Below are positions 1-15,579 of a stretch of DNA of 64,000 bases, piece by piece. The notes beneath the pieces are model-generated. The model saw only the letters and a program-made list of their open reading frames with translations. It ran no database searches and was not told where the DNA came from. Origin of the DNA: Felis catus (taxonomy: Eukaryota); NCBI RefSeq assembly GCF_018350175.1, contig NC_058368.1, positions 229,898,001 through 229,962,000 on the forward strand, in the 5' to 3' direction. The stretch's first letter is position 1; every line of letters begins with the position of its first letter. A program made the translations under genes and the position numbers.

Positions 1-2581
<2,581 letters not shown>

Positions 2582-4199
2582 TAGAACTTGTTCTTTCAGA
2601 TGAACCCATGATGACTCAGCTACATTGGAAGAAACTTACGATTTTCTGGCCAAATGTTGGTTTTTAGTATAAAAATATTAAAATTGGGTTATAATTGCCA
2701 TTGGAGAGTGGATTAATATGTTTTATGTTTTTATTCATGATTTAGGCACTTTTCGTTGAGAAATATTCCACAGGGGGTAAAAAACAAGCAAACAAACAAA
2801 CAAAAACACTTGACAGTCAAAACTATATGGGTGAAGTTTTGGAAGATTTGGTGATGGACCTTTTATTTAATACTGCTAAATGCTGAGGCCAAATCATTGG
2901 TCTTTAGAAAGGATAAAGTCTAATCAACAATCAAAATATATCCACAAGTGTAAAAAATTAGTATGTGTGACAGCAGATGAATTCTGTGTTGGGTCAAGGC
3001 GAATTCGTCTTTCTAGTATCTCTGAGATAGATCTGGAAGAAATGTGTTTTAGAACTTTCCCTATAAAACTAATTAAAACCTGAATGCTTCTTCCCCCGAC
3101 ATTACTTTGCCTTAAAATGAATAAGTAAATAAAGTCTGAAGTCTTAGATTAAAAAAACAACAACAACAAAAAAACTGTTTCAGAAAAGTTATGTTTCTTG
3201 TAAATAAAGGGTGGCAAATAATCAAAGAAAGCTGGAAAACCAAGATTTTTTTCTCACTTCTTTTAGCATGTGCTAGAATATAAATCATAATTTTTTAAAG
3301 AAATTGAAAAAGCATCCTGTGTTTGGTTTATATGATTCAGGGATGCTGAATAAGCAGCAGAAGTGGCCAGGCTATCAATAGAGTAGCTGAGGAAAGATCC
3401 ATTGACAGAAGGGATCGATGATGCTCTCAGTCAAAATGTGCCCTCGGGTCAGGAAGTGTATGACTAAGTGGGTACACAAAGCAAAGTTGAATAGAGTAAT
3501 TGGATAATCTGGTTTTTGAAAATGGTCTGTAAGCAGGAAGTTGAGGCACAGGCCGTATTCCTTGATGAGTTTGCTACCAAAAGCACACTCATGAGCGTGC
3601 TGACTCTTTTTAAGGAGTAATTGAAGAAAGGAACGAAGGTTCATGCCAGTTCCCATACTCAAGATAGTGCTTTGTTAAAGTTGGTCTATGCCACGGTTTC
3701 TTACTCAGGTATGATCTGGAAGTCTTTGGGCCAGTAACATTGGACTAGTGACAAAATATAAAACAGGAGGAATAAACTGAACAAGAAAATGACAAGACCT
3801 GTCTGATGAAAAGTATAGCATTTTATCAGAAGACATAAAGTAATTAGGAATAAATGGCAAGGTATGCTATGATCCATAATAATATCACTTTCTCCCAAAT
3901 AAAGGTATAAACTTTAGGCTATGGTAATAAGGATCTTACGGCTGATTGTCTCTTTGACAAACTGGAATAAACTATTGTAGAAATTACACGGGAAGGATAA
4001 GTATATGAGAGTTACAAGGAAATTTTTGGTAGAGAGATTTTACCTTACCAAACATACTCATCACTATAGTGTCCAGTGGGTCCAAAATGTTCTCTCTGTA
4101 GGACATAACTGAGGGTTCAGAAACACAAGGACACATTCAACATAAAATCGTAGAAAAAATAGGCCAAGAGAAAATATGTGCCAAAAACATGATGAAGTG

Positions 4200-4759
4200 T
4201 TGATACAGTTAGTATATTAATGCTTCCTAATGTTGATGAGAGAAAAAGAAATACAGAATAGAAAACTAGGCAAAAAATATGAACAGCAATTCACAGAAGA
4301 AAAATGCAAAAGACCAATGAATACATGCAAATGTTTTATACTCTACTGATCAGGGATATAAAATTCAAGATAGAAATGATTTTCTTTAATCTACCAAACA
4401 GACAAACATTAAAAAATAGTATATATTGTAATCTACCTAAGGGTTAAGGTTTGAGGAAATTCACATTCTTTGTCACTTCATATGGAAATGTGTATTGCTG
4501 TAACCTTTGTTTAAAATGAAATGTTGCTATGAATTGGCATTTATAGTGTCAGTAGCCTTTGATTTGTTGTGCCTAGACATAGATAGTATAGAAATGGGTG
4601 ACCTAGATCATAAGGTTTTATGTATATGGGTGTTTATTGAAAAATTATCTAGGATAGAAAAAATAGAACAATAATGGTAAGTTGAAAAGCAAGGTGTATC
4701 TTTTTTAATGTTTATTTTTGAGAGAGATAGTGAGAGAGCACGAGTGACTGGAGGAGGGG

Positions 4760-4815
<56 letters not shown>

Positions 4816-5150
4816 ATCCGAAGAAGGTTCCACTCTCTGAGCTATCAGTACAGAGCCCGATGCGCAGCTCAAGCTCATGAACCGTGAGATCATGACCTGA
4901 GTCGAAGTCGGATGCTTAACCAACTGAGCCATCCAGTTTCCCCAAGGTGTATCTTTTATATAAAAGCTATATCCTTTTTATGTAGTTATTAATAAAATGA
5001 GTTGGAGCTATATATTATATCTTTGAAAAATTCCGTGAGGACTTTAAAAAACAACATAATAAATATTTTTGTTTATGTTTATGAAATCTAGAAAAGTGTA
5101 GGAGGAAATAAATCAAACTATCAACATTGGTTACCATATGTGTTTCTGAT
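4200..5150 (+). mobile_element. Ancient, degraded L1 fragment (L1ME-like ORF2 end/3' region), interrupted by a Can-SINE
   Basis: A-rich tract with L1-like motifs, e.g. ggcaaaaaatatgaacagcaattcacagaagaaaaatgcaaaagaccaat. Boundaries approximate. Confidence 0.55.
4705..4942 (-). mobile_element. Can-SINE (SINEC_Fc-type) with long (GA)n
   Basis: Reverse-strand tRNA head, (CT)n and A-rich tail. TSD caaggtgtatctttt at 4690-4704 and 4943-4957. Confidence 0.95.
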
Positions 5151-7907
5151 TAGATGGAGGTAGAGTATAGGGAGGACAATCAAAAATGAGAGAAAGAATT
5201 GGGAGATTGGAATAGATATTAGTTGGATACTAGGAGATGCTACTTCTGCTGAGATAGTGATGTTTGTAGTCGAGAGAGTGGATAAGCTGCTTGAAGCAAA
5301 AATACATTGCTATAAATAACATGGCCTCTCCAAATCCTTGATGAGGATTTAATAAAAACTTATTGTGAAGAGTTTTTTCAAATAATTAAAATAAGTCCAG
5401 CGTTCATTTTTGGATGGCAAAGGTTAGATTCTTTGTGGCAGGAAACTAATGTGAACAGGTGTGGGAGTCTGTCCTGGAAGCCGAGTAGAGGATCTGGAAG
5501 CCTCCGCATCAGAGGCTCAGGCATCATCAGGTCCTGTGGGCAGCGTGTGCCCATGTTAAGGCCAGATCCACCAGCAGCCAGGTCCATGGACTTCCTTGGG
5601 TGGCCTGGTGCAAACAAGCAATTTTTTTCTTCACTGAAGATTTTCGTCCTAAATTATTTTTAAGGTTTCCATCATTTCTTTTCCTGAGGTCTAGGCTATT
5701 ATCTATGGAGCCAAAGTTAAGTTAAATATATCTGAAAAAAAAAAATTAGCTGAGATGAAAGAAAACTGACTTTGGCCATTAAATGTCTTTTATGATTTTT
5801 AATAATTATGTACATAACATTTATAAATATGTTCATTTGACTGTTGCTTGCCTGGCCCTCTTTGGTGCTAATGGGAAATAGCTTTCCTGACTAAAAGTCC
5901 TATTTATTAAGTTAGAAAGTTTGAAGGAAGAAATTTTATGGCACCACTCTTAGGTGCTACCCCAGTGCTGTCTCCTTGGACATCAGTTCTGCAGGAGAGA
6001 AGTCATTCTTTATCACAGCAGGCATATATTCTGAGCTCACTGCCAAGTGATAGGTTGCATAATTTATTTACTCATTCATTAAATGTATTGAGCACTTTAT
6101 ATATGCAAAGTACAATAACGATGAAAGAAATACATGTATAAAGAACACTCAGTTTGACAGTTTATTGGAATAAGTTGTTATGGAGAGTAATAATGTAAGT
6201 TTTTAGACAGGCAGTTAACATTGCATAGAAATAAATTCTGGTTTATAACCATAGAATGAACTTAAGTCATGCCAAGCCCTGTGTCATGAAATGTGTCCAC
6301 ATGACATGTATGGCATGACTAAGATATTTGTAATCTGAGTCCTAGAGACCTTGAACCCAAGCAGTCATGGGTTACTCCATGAAAAGGTGTTCATTGATTT
6401 ATTTCTTTGTTCTAATTTCCCATCTTGATTGCTTTTAGCTGGTAAATTTTACACTTTCATATTAACATAAATAAAACCATGATTTATGTTATACTCTATG
6501 GGTAATTTTCTGTATTTCAGACACATCTGTCTCATTTCCAAGTTACCAAGTTTCTCTATGGGGCATTAAGAGAGAGGGACCTAATTCCTATTTCCTCTCC
6601 TGTAAACAAGCGTCCTTCATCAGAAGAGGAGGGGGGTGGGTGGAGGACAAGCATGTGATGACTTCGTTCATGTGATTTGGATACATAACTTAGAGGGGGT
6701 GATTGGTAGCCATTCATTGTATATAGCAGCCCCAAATGTGGGGTGTCTTAAAGGGGTGAGAACAAGGAAGGGATTCTTTTTTTAAGGATGGTAGGTATCC
6801 CTATGATGATGGCAGTGAATTATAGAAAGTGAAATTTATGACGCTTGAAAGCGGGGGGAAATAACAGGGAGAAAAGTTACTGAGTAGATGAGAGTGAATG
6901 GATCTAGTGCATCAGAGAAAAGAATGCCTTTTGGAACAAAGACAGTTCATTCATGAGAATGGAAGAGAGGCAAAGTACATGGTCTCAGGTCACCCGATGG
7001 CTTGGTGTTGGAAACTGCGGTATTTCTTCCCTTCTCTTCAGATGAGCACAGTCATCTTGTTTGAGTTGGACTTGTTTGGAGTGAGCTGGGCTAAGCAGAG
7101 GTGGGGAGGGGAGGCATTGGAGATGAGGGATGCAAGACAGCCATTATAACGATGGATCTTGGAAGTGACATAGAGTGGAAGTGGGGAAAGAGAAATTGTT
7201 AGTGACAATGTATTCGCAGTGAGTGTGCAGATGGTGATAGCTTGAGAGCTGTGTGCTCAAAATCAAGAATTAGAAAGTCATGATTGTTAATGTTTAGACC
7301 TAGGTTGTGACTCTTTGAGATGAGATCAAAATGAGAAAAGAGAGCAAAATTTTTTTGACTCTGGGAAAGGTGGTGGGGAGTCATGACAATGCCAGGACAG
7401 TGGTCTCCAGGAGAAGGGACAGTGCTCGCGTCGCCCATGTGGAGGGGTGTGACTGTGAGAAGCACAATAATGTTCGCTTGTGGTTGCCTAAGAGGAGTAG
7501 TCCTGGTGTTCGCCCGTGTGTTTTCATTGTTTTTAATTGTCACAGTGCTGGTCTACACAATTAGATAAGAATTTATATTTGTTTACACTATGTAACCTTG
7601 TCTTTGTATTTTGCCTTAAATCAACATGGTACTCCTTTGCTCTTAAGAAAACCATGACTTTCCTAAGAATATATTCATTTCGAAAGAATATTTCTTTTCC
7701 TTCAGGTAACTGTTGTTTCATTTGATCATCACACAATTCCAACGCTGGCATCCAAATAGTCTTCTTGTATAAGCTAGAAAATTATGGGGCATTTTAAAGA
7801 CCTTTAGAACTCATATAGCTCATTGATCTTTGTAAATTGTGACTCAGATAAATGTGTTTTTTGTAATAATTCAACCAGTGAAGTACATTTAAAAATGGAT
7901 AGGTTAC

Positions 7908-8122
7908 GGGGCGCCTGGGTGGCGCAGTCGGTTAGGCGTCCGACTTCAGCCAGGTCACGATCTCGCAGTCTGTGAGTTCGAGCCCCGCGTCAGGCTCTGG
8001 GCTGATGGCTCAGAGCCTGGAGCTTGTTTCTGATTCTGTGTTTCCCTCTCTCTCTGCCCCTCCCCCGTTCATGCTCTGGCTCTCTCTGTCCCAAAAATAA
8101 ATAAACGTTGAAAAAAAAATTT
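7908..8122 (+). mobile_element. Young Can-SINE (SINEC_Fc-type)
   Basis: Head ggggcgcctgggtggcgcagtcgg, B-box gagttcgagcc. Perfect TSD aaaaatggataggttac at 7891-7907 and 8123-8139. Confidence 0.97.
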
Positions 8123-8859
8123 AAAAATGGATAGGTTACATAGAAATTGTAGGCATATAACAGTATATGCCAGTGTCACATTTCATTGTATTTTTCAGTA
8201 GTGTTTATCAAATGCCAACACTGTGCTTAGAACTAACCTTCCCTGGGTGATACACAAATCTGAACTCTGACTTCTACTATTTAGCAGTGAAATTAGAAGA
8301 CAAACATATATAGAAATGTTTAAAATATTTAAAAACTTATAGACAAAAATTTAAGGAAAGTCTCTAGTCAATTTACTTAAAAACTCCAAGTAATTTATAC
8401 TAATAAGAACATTCCTTAACTTGACAGTATTTATAACCCTAGACACTATTGCTACAGTAATTTCTCTTGTTTATTTTTTTGTTTTGTTTTTTGTTTTTTG
8501 TTTTTACTTTGCACAAGGATTGCAATCATGTTCTTGATTTTAGAGGAAATTTTTGGTACCATTATTTCAAATACTGATTATTTTCTAGGTGGCAAAACAG
8601 AAGATTTCTTGCTTTTAATCACTTTTGTTATTATTTTTAATAGAGGGGAAAGTAGGAGTGAAGACACTTCTGACCTCCCACTATGGGCAAAGCTACTGCA
8701 CAGAGTACTTTATACATGGTATGTCCTGTGAAGGCAACGAAACAAGCATTTTAAAACATTCTTCTTACACAGAATCTAAAGAAATCTTGATATTTTACAT
8801 TGACTCATGGTGAGGATAGCATGCCTTTATTTTTATTCAGTTTCTTTTATTTATAATTA

Positions 8860-9068
8860 AAAAAATTTTTTTTAATGTGTATTTATTTTTGAAAGAGAGC
8901 GAGAGAGTGGGGGAGGGGTAGTGAGAGAGGGAGACACAGAATCGGAAGCAGGCTCCAGGCTCCGAGCTGTCAACACAGAGCCCGACGCGAGGCTCAAACT
9001 CACGAACTGCGAGGTCATGACCTGAGCCGAAGTCGGATGCTCAACTGACTGAGCCAGCCACGCGCCTC
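8860..9068 (-). mobile_element. Can-SINE
   Basis: Reverse-strand SINEC body. TSD tatttataatt at 8848-8858 and 9069-9079. Confidence 0.93.
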
Positions 9069-10384
9069 TATTTATAATTTTTAAACTCCATTAGCTCTGT
9101 ATAAAAAGCATATGACTGGGAAAGAGCACATTATAAAATCCTCCTTTAATTAGTCTTTGTCCTGTGCCACATGTCATTGCCAAGTCTTTCAGCATTGGTA
9201 GTGTTACTGTAATGTGGAACAGTAGTTTCTGATAACATGATGTGAAAAATGACCTGTGATGATTAATCACTTTCCAAACTACGTCTTGGGAAAGCATCTT
9301 ATGAAAGTAATGACACAATTATCATCCATGAAAAAGAGGAAATTAAAACACCTTTAGGAAAGGTCAAGAAGATAGGGAAGGATTATCTGCAAAGACTAGT
9401 GAACTTTATATTCATGTAGTCAGAGAAAAAAGAATTCTATGTATCAAAGTGCCACAAGTGGAACTCTTTCCATATATTAAAATTAAAATGAGAATTGCTC
9501 GATGATTTTGAATTTATTTCTTGTTTCAAGCCAGATGTAGATTGAAAATGGGGGGAGAAAGCACATTTTCCCCCTTGCTTTCATTGTTCGAACATAAACC
9601 ATGGTAGGAACAGTCATGACCTTTTTCGGGATGTGAACTGCGCTATGAAGTTGCAAGCCAGGAGTCTACAGATCTGGGTCCTGGTAGAGGGTGTGGTTTG
9701 GAAGAAGGAAGGGCAGATCCTGGAGTCAGCAAGGATCAGAAAGCCTTGTGGATGGATATCACATGCACAGACATGGTGCAGACAGGCTGACCAGACTAGG
9801 TGTTTAGATTCGCAACAAGCTAAAGAAGGAAATTAAGTGGTGTATGTAGCAGTGTGGAGCTCCAGGTAGGAAGGAAGGGGAGTGGTCAGGTGGCAGGGGG
9901 TTGATGGAACTTGCTGGGTATGAAACAGTCTATTTCTTTGTGGATCCTGGATCTGTTACATCGCAAAAATGATGACTGAAGCCTGAGAGAGCGGAGCAAC
10001 GAGTGTCCTAAACCGCTTGTCTAAGGTCTTGGGAATTGGCGCTAGGAGTTCTAGTCACTGGTGAATATTCTGGAAGTGTGGATGGGTCATCTCCCTCCCT
10101 TCCTCCTCCTGCCTGCCATGCTCTTTTGTGTGTATTCTGTTCTTGCCTGTAAGTTATTTTGAATTTTTCCCTTAAAATTTGACTTTGTAACGCTTCTCAA
10201 GACACACGTATACTTATCTACCTTTTTAATCACCCCAAATTCTAAGAATTAATTCGTTTGGATGCTGTCTGTTCTGTTCCCTTTGAAACTATTAGGAGTT
10301 GGGTTTTTCAGGGACTGGAGGCTATGATGGGAAAAGTAACAATGGACTAAGCTTTTATATGCTAAATTAGAAGATAAGCTCTTA

Positions 10385-10600
10385 GGGGCGCCTGGGTGGC
10401 TCAGTCCGTAAGGCTTCCGACTTCAGCTCAGGTCATGATCTCACAGTCTGTGAGTTCGAGCCCCACGTTGGGCTCTGTGCTGACAGCTGGGAGCCTGGAG
10501 CCTGCTTCAGATTCTGTGTCTCCCTCTCTCTCTGCCCCTCCCCTGCTCATGCTCTGTCTCTGTCTCAAAAATAAATAAAAACATTAAGAAAAATTTAAAA
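10385..10600 (+). mobile_element. Can-SINE
   Basis: Head ggggcgcctgggtggctcagt, (CT)n, AATAAA tail. Degenerate TSD agaagataagctctta / agaaggcaagctttta. Confidence 0.95.
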
Positions 10601-12011
10601 CAAGAAGGCAAGCTTTTAATATGTAGGGTTTTGTAACATGACATTATAGTGCTTTTCTAATGCCTCTTTTATATTTATCATTAGAATTCATTGCTAAATA
10701 TTCATATGTGAAATCACATTGAACATTTTAATATGATATTTTATAAAGTTTCTATGAATTTTCCATTATAAAGTCATTCATACACATTGTAAAAAAGTTT
10801 AAAAACTCAGAAAGGAATGAAGATAAAAATTTTATTTGGGAGTCATATTGCAGCTAGAGATTGTTGCAAATATTTGGGAAGGGCCCTTCTAAGATTTTTA
10901 TATGAAAATATAATTATTTATACAACATTTTTATTTTCCTTTATAAATTTTTTATACTTCCTCATATACTTAATATTATAGTAAGACTATTTTTCATATC
11001 ACTATTGTATTAAAACCTAAACAGATACACTGTGAGTTAACATTATAATTTTATTGAACCTTTCCATCTTTGTTGATCTCCTAGGTTGATTGAATTTTCT
11101 CAGAATGAAACAAAAATGCCATGTCACACTTCCTTGTACATAAATCATTGGGTCTACTTTGACAGAACCTGCCTGGAGCAAAGTTTTGAGAAAGACTTTA
11201 AAGACCCTTACAAACTCACTGGGAAAATATGTCATAATTAGTTACTGATAAGAGCCACAGGCAGGACTTACAAAGCAGGAGCTCCAGGGGTATTAGTCAG
11301 TGCCCTTGTACAGGGTTTGCAAAGTAGGAAATTAACAAGCAGAATATTCTAGAGGGAATAAATGGGGGGAACATGTTCAGTATTCAGAACAACTAAACCA
11401 AATATGGTGGAAACAGTAAAGATAAACATATAAAATACGATAGGACAAGAAAACATTGTTAAATAGTATCTCAAAATCACAAAAATGTTTTTAAAAGGTT
11501 AGACACTACATTTCATTAAAATGTACATATTTTTTATAAAATATAAATGACATACTTCTGTTAACTCTTTATGTAAAACTTATTTCATGAGATCTATAAG
11601 TAATGACTGTTACTCTAGTAATTATTTCATCCAGTGTCTTCTGTTGATGACCAAAGAAACTCACTTTAAAATGGTATTTAATTTGCTTACCTAAAGCCAT
11701 ATAAGAGATTGCCTTAGAATTGAAATGAGAAAATTAGCTTGTTTTATTCTGAATCCAGTGCTCTTTTCACTGTACTGCATTCTCTCTCAATTCAGGTATA
11801 AAAATGGGCTTCAATATATTGTCTAATATTTCTCCCAAAAAAACATTTCTCTGTGGCCAAAGTTTGCTGAGGTCAGGTTAAATGATGCCCCTGCCTGCCT
11901 CGCTCTCATTTAACTAGGAAAAGAGAGGCAGATAACTTCACATCAGTTTGATCTGCAATATATTTTTGCAATCTGAAGGAATCATGAATGAGATTCTAAA
12001 CAAAAGGAATT

Positions 12012-12228
12012 CACACGCCTAGGTGGCTCAGTTGGTTAAGCGTCCGACTTGGGCTCAGGTCATAATCTCATGGTTCGTGGATTCGAACCACTTGACAGGC
12101 TCTGTGCTGACAGCTCAGAGCCTGGACCCTGCTTCGGATTCTGTGTCTCTCCCTCTCTCTCTGTTCCTCTCCCCACTCACGCTCTGTCTCTCTCAGTCTC
12201 CCAAAAATAAATGTTAAAAAAAAAATTC
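12012..12228 (+). mobile_element. Can-SINE
   Basis: SINEC body and A tail, flanked by aaggaatt repeats. Confidence 0.93.
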
Positions 12229-12828
12229 AAGGAATTTACGCACCTCATTGTTAATGTGTGTAGAGAAAATGTGGTATGAAACAAGAACTGTGAGCTCAGT
12301 ACCACGGCTTTCTTTTCATTGAACATTCCTGTTTCCAAGAATCAGTGGTGTGGACGGAAGTTTTCTCTAGCATGCATCAGTGACACAGGTAAACACGCCC
12401 GCGGCAGCCCATCGATCATGTTCAAGTTGCTGTCATTCAGCTGCAGTCATTAAAGGAAAATGTGCAGGTTCATGCCCCAGGCTCTAAGTGAGCTGGCTCC
12501 ATGGCCTGCTGTCGTAAAAAAACTGAAGATCAGCATCCTCCTCCTTGATAATGACAAGTTCTGATTTTTACATTCTTCGCAGCATCTCCAGAAGTAGCTG
12601 GACCACTTGCGTAATTACTAGGAGACAGAAGGACTCAACAAGACCAAAACAAACAAACAAAAGTCTCTTAGGACAGGTAATCCTTAGCATTTAGTAGCCA
12701 GTTCTAAAGAGCTGCATTCAGCAGTCAATAGATGTTACCTGGGGGTGCATTTTACAGCTTAAATGGGTATCCTGGAGGGTCTGCTAGGTGCAGGAGTTAT
12801 GTTCAGAATTAAAAATTAGAATTACATT

Positions 12829-13042
12829 GGGGCACCTGGGTGGCTCAGTCGGTTAAGCGTCTGACTTCAGCTCAGGTCACGATCTCGTGGTCCGTGAGTT
12901 CGAGCCCCACGTCGGGCTCTGGGCTGATGGCTCAGAGCCTGGAGCCTGCTTCCGATTCTGTGTCTCCCTCTCTCTCTGCCCCTCCCCCGTTCACGCTCTG
13001 TCTCTCTCTGTCTCAAAAATAAACGTTAAAAAAAATTAAAAA
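12829..13042 (+). mobile_element. Can-SINE
   Basis: Full-length SINEC. TSD aaaaattag(a/g)attacattg with one mismatch. Confidence 0.96.
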
Positions 13043-13566
13043 AAAAATTAGGATTACATTGAATTCAATCTAAGATCATGTCATAGTTGTAGGCAAAGAC
13101 GAGCAATCCCGCGTGCAGTTTGGTGCTGCTGTCTGCCCTGTTTTGGGAAACAGAACTCCGAGGTGTCATCAAAGGGCATTTCAATCTTTGAGTTGTTGTG
13201 AAACTTTTAAGTGCAGTTGTGGTCCTGTAGGTCAGCACCGGTACTGTCACCTCTGCCCAGACAAGAGATCGGCTGTGTCCGGAGCCACCCATTAGTGAAC
13301 ACAGACACTTCGAAAAATGATACCCCGGGCTTCAAATACTTGTCAGCCACCTGCCTACCTTCTGTAGACCTCCTGTCAAAACGAGAGACTGTTTATGCTG
13401 AAAATTAATAATCTAGAGTGTAAATTCTTTCTACTTGGGGAGCCCTCATGTATCACGAATGGCATCTCAGCCCTCTTTGGGCATGCCTTCTAAAAACATG
13501 GCTTTAATAATACTGCAGGAATAGGGTCTCTTTATGGAGACCCAAGATAAGAAATTACCATACCGA

Positions 13567-13732
13567 GGATTGCCTGGGTGGCTCAGTCGTTGAGCTTCCG
13601 ACTTCGGCTCAGGTCGTGATCTCTTGGTTCATGGGTTCCAGCCCTGCATCGGGCTCTGTGCTGACAGCTTGGAGCCTGGAGCCTGTTTCAGATTCTGTCA
13701 CTCTCTCTCTCTGCCCCTCGCCCACTCATGCG

Positions 13733-13781
<49 letters not shown>

Positions 13782-13809
13782 AAAAATGAATCAACATTAA
13801 AAAAAAAAA
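13567..13809 (+). mobile_element. Can-SINE with expanded (CT)n
   Basis: SINEC body. Degenerate TSD aagaaatta(c/t)cat. Confidence 0.94.
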
Positions 13810-14199
13810 AAGAAATTATCATCCTGAGAGCTTTTCAACCCTTCTCATGCTGTTGTCACTTGATTTAATGTCAATGAAATATTTTAGTATTACATGCATA
13901 TTGCTACTAAAATAATGATAGTAATAATAAAAATTGTAATTCTTTTTCTGAGAACTGACTAATCAGTTAATTTCTGGAATAGATTTGTGGCTGGGTCTCC
14001 CCCCCTTACTATTGCTTTGCTGCCCAAGAACAGTAGTGCCCGACACAGAGAATGAATCCAGTGTCTTTGTGTGGAGAGTACGCGTTCATTAATTGACTTA
14101 TTATTTTGGTTTTTTTCTGTTCCATTTTAGCTGAAAACTGAATGCTTTGCTTACTTGTTAATAAAATACCTGTTAGGGTTTCAGTTTCTTCAATCAGTG

Positions 14200-14244
14200 T
14201 TTTTATTTTTTTACTAAAAAAAAAAAACCTTGCAAAGAGAGAGA

Positions 14245-14275
<31 letters not shown>

Positions 14276-14446
14276 TACATGTGAGTGGAGGAGGGGTAGA
14301 GGGAGGGAGAGGGAGAATCCCAAGCAAACTCCATGCTGAGTTTGGAGCCTGATGTGGGGCTCAGTCCCACAACCCCAGGGTCATGACCTGAACCAATATC
14401 AAGAGTCAGAAGCTTAATTTACCGAGCTGCCCACACGAGGCACCCC
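14200..14446 (-). mobile_element. Older Can-SINE
   Basis: (GA)n, gagaatcccaagca, catgacctgaacc..aagagtcaga, ending in ggcacccc. Confidence 0.88.
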
Positions 14447-15394
14447 CACATCCTTGTTCTTGTATGTCTTTTTTTTTTTATAGTTATCCCTGTGGGCAGA
14501 GGTCACTCTTTGAAATGAAGTGCTAGCCCAGAGCCTAGTGACACATGGCAAACCATTCTATAGCATATGTTATTCTATATTCTACAGGATCATAAATTTT
14601 AAAATATTTAAATAATACATTTAAAAATATTTGCAGTGTGTTTATAGAGTAGACACAATAAGCTCCTAAACATGAGTTGTTGTAAGCCCCAGCATTCCCC
14701 GGAGCAGCACCAAGGCCTGTGAAGAGTCTAGAAGGCAAGTGATGTGGGGCGTCAGATGGGAGAAACACTGATGAACTGTCTTGGAGTGGGAAGGAGGTTG
14801 GTATGAGCTGCCTCTAAATATTTGGTATGGGGAACGAGAAAACTTTTATTAGACAGATGTTATCCAACTGAGAAGAGAATTAGGATAAAGGATCAAAACT
14901 GGCAGATAGCAGATTCAGTTTTGTACCAGACATGATCCTTAGTTGCAAACTTAAGCAACTTGAAGCTGAAAAGGAATAATTCAATGACAGGTAACTCTTG
15001 AAATATTTGGAAGGCCCAAATAAAATGGTCAGGCTTGGGGTTCATATTGCTAGAGTTAATGACCAATTTTATTGGAAGTCTACCCTGAGAATGGGTTCAA
15101 AAGGTGGAGACTTTCAAACATGGAAGAAATCTCCTCAATGATGCTGGCAAATGACAAATTTAGGGAAGTACCAAGGAGTACAACTAATCACTTTTCTGTC
15201 TTTTCGGGAAATTCGCTAACGAACAATGATCAGTGGCAGACCTTTGACCAGTGGGTGGCAGCACAGAAATGTACCATAGCTGCTTGTAAATGTGCTATTA
15301 TTTGATGCCTGTAGGCTTGGGTGGCTCTGGCTGGGCCTTTTGCTGCCAACTTCATTCATTGCCTTTCCATAGAATGCCCAAAATATATTACTGT

Positions 15395-15579
15395 TTTTCT
15401 TTTTTCTTCTTGTCTTTTCTTTTTGGTTTTCTCTTCTCTTTTCTTCTCTTCTTTCCTCTCCTCTCCTCTCCTCACTGGTGCGTAGCCCAACATGGGGCTT
15501 GAACTCATGACCCTGATTTCAAGACCTGAGCTGAGATCAATAGTCAGACACTTAACCAACTAAGCCACTCAGGCACCCC
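15395..15579 (-). mobile_element. Partial Can-SINE (5' half) with a degenerate tail-like pyrimidine tract
   Basis: ggggcttgaactcatgaccctga..gacctgagctgagatcaatagtcagacacttaaccaactaagccactcaggcacccc. Confidence 0.85.

Noticed and set aside
7908..7990. tRNA-like A/B boxes
   Set aside because: These are the tRNA-derived heads of Can-SINEs, not tRNA genes.
10396..13022. Recurrent short ORFs beginning MAQSV/MAQLV that look like a protein family
   Set aside because: They are translations of Can-SINE bodies.
13231..13251. Second RE1-like site gtcagcaccggtactgtcacc
   Set aside because: Only the left half-site matches; no GGACAG at canonical spacing.
13524..13543. gggtctc-N6-gagaccc hairpin
   Set aside because: A 7-bp stem is expected by chance many times in 64 kb.
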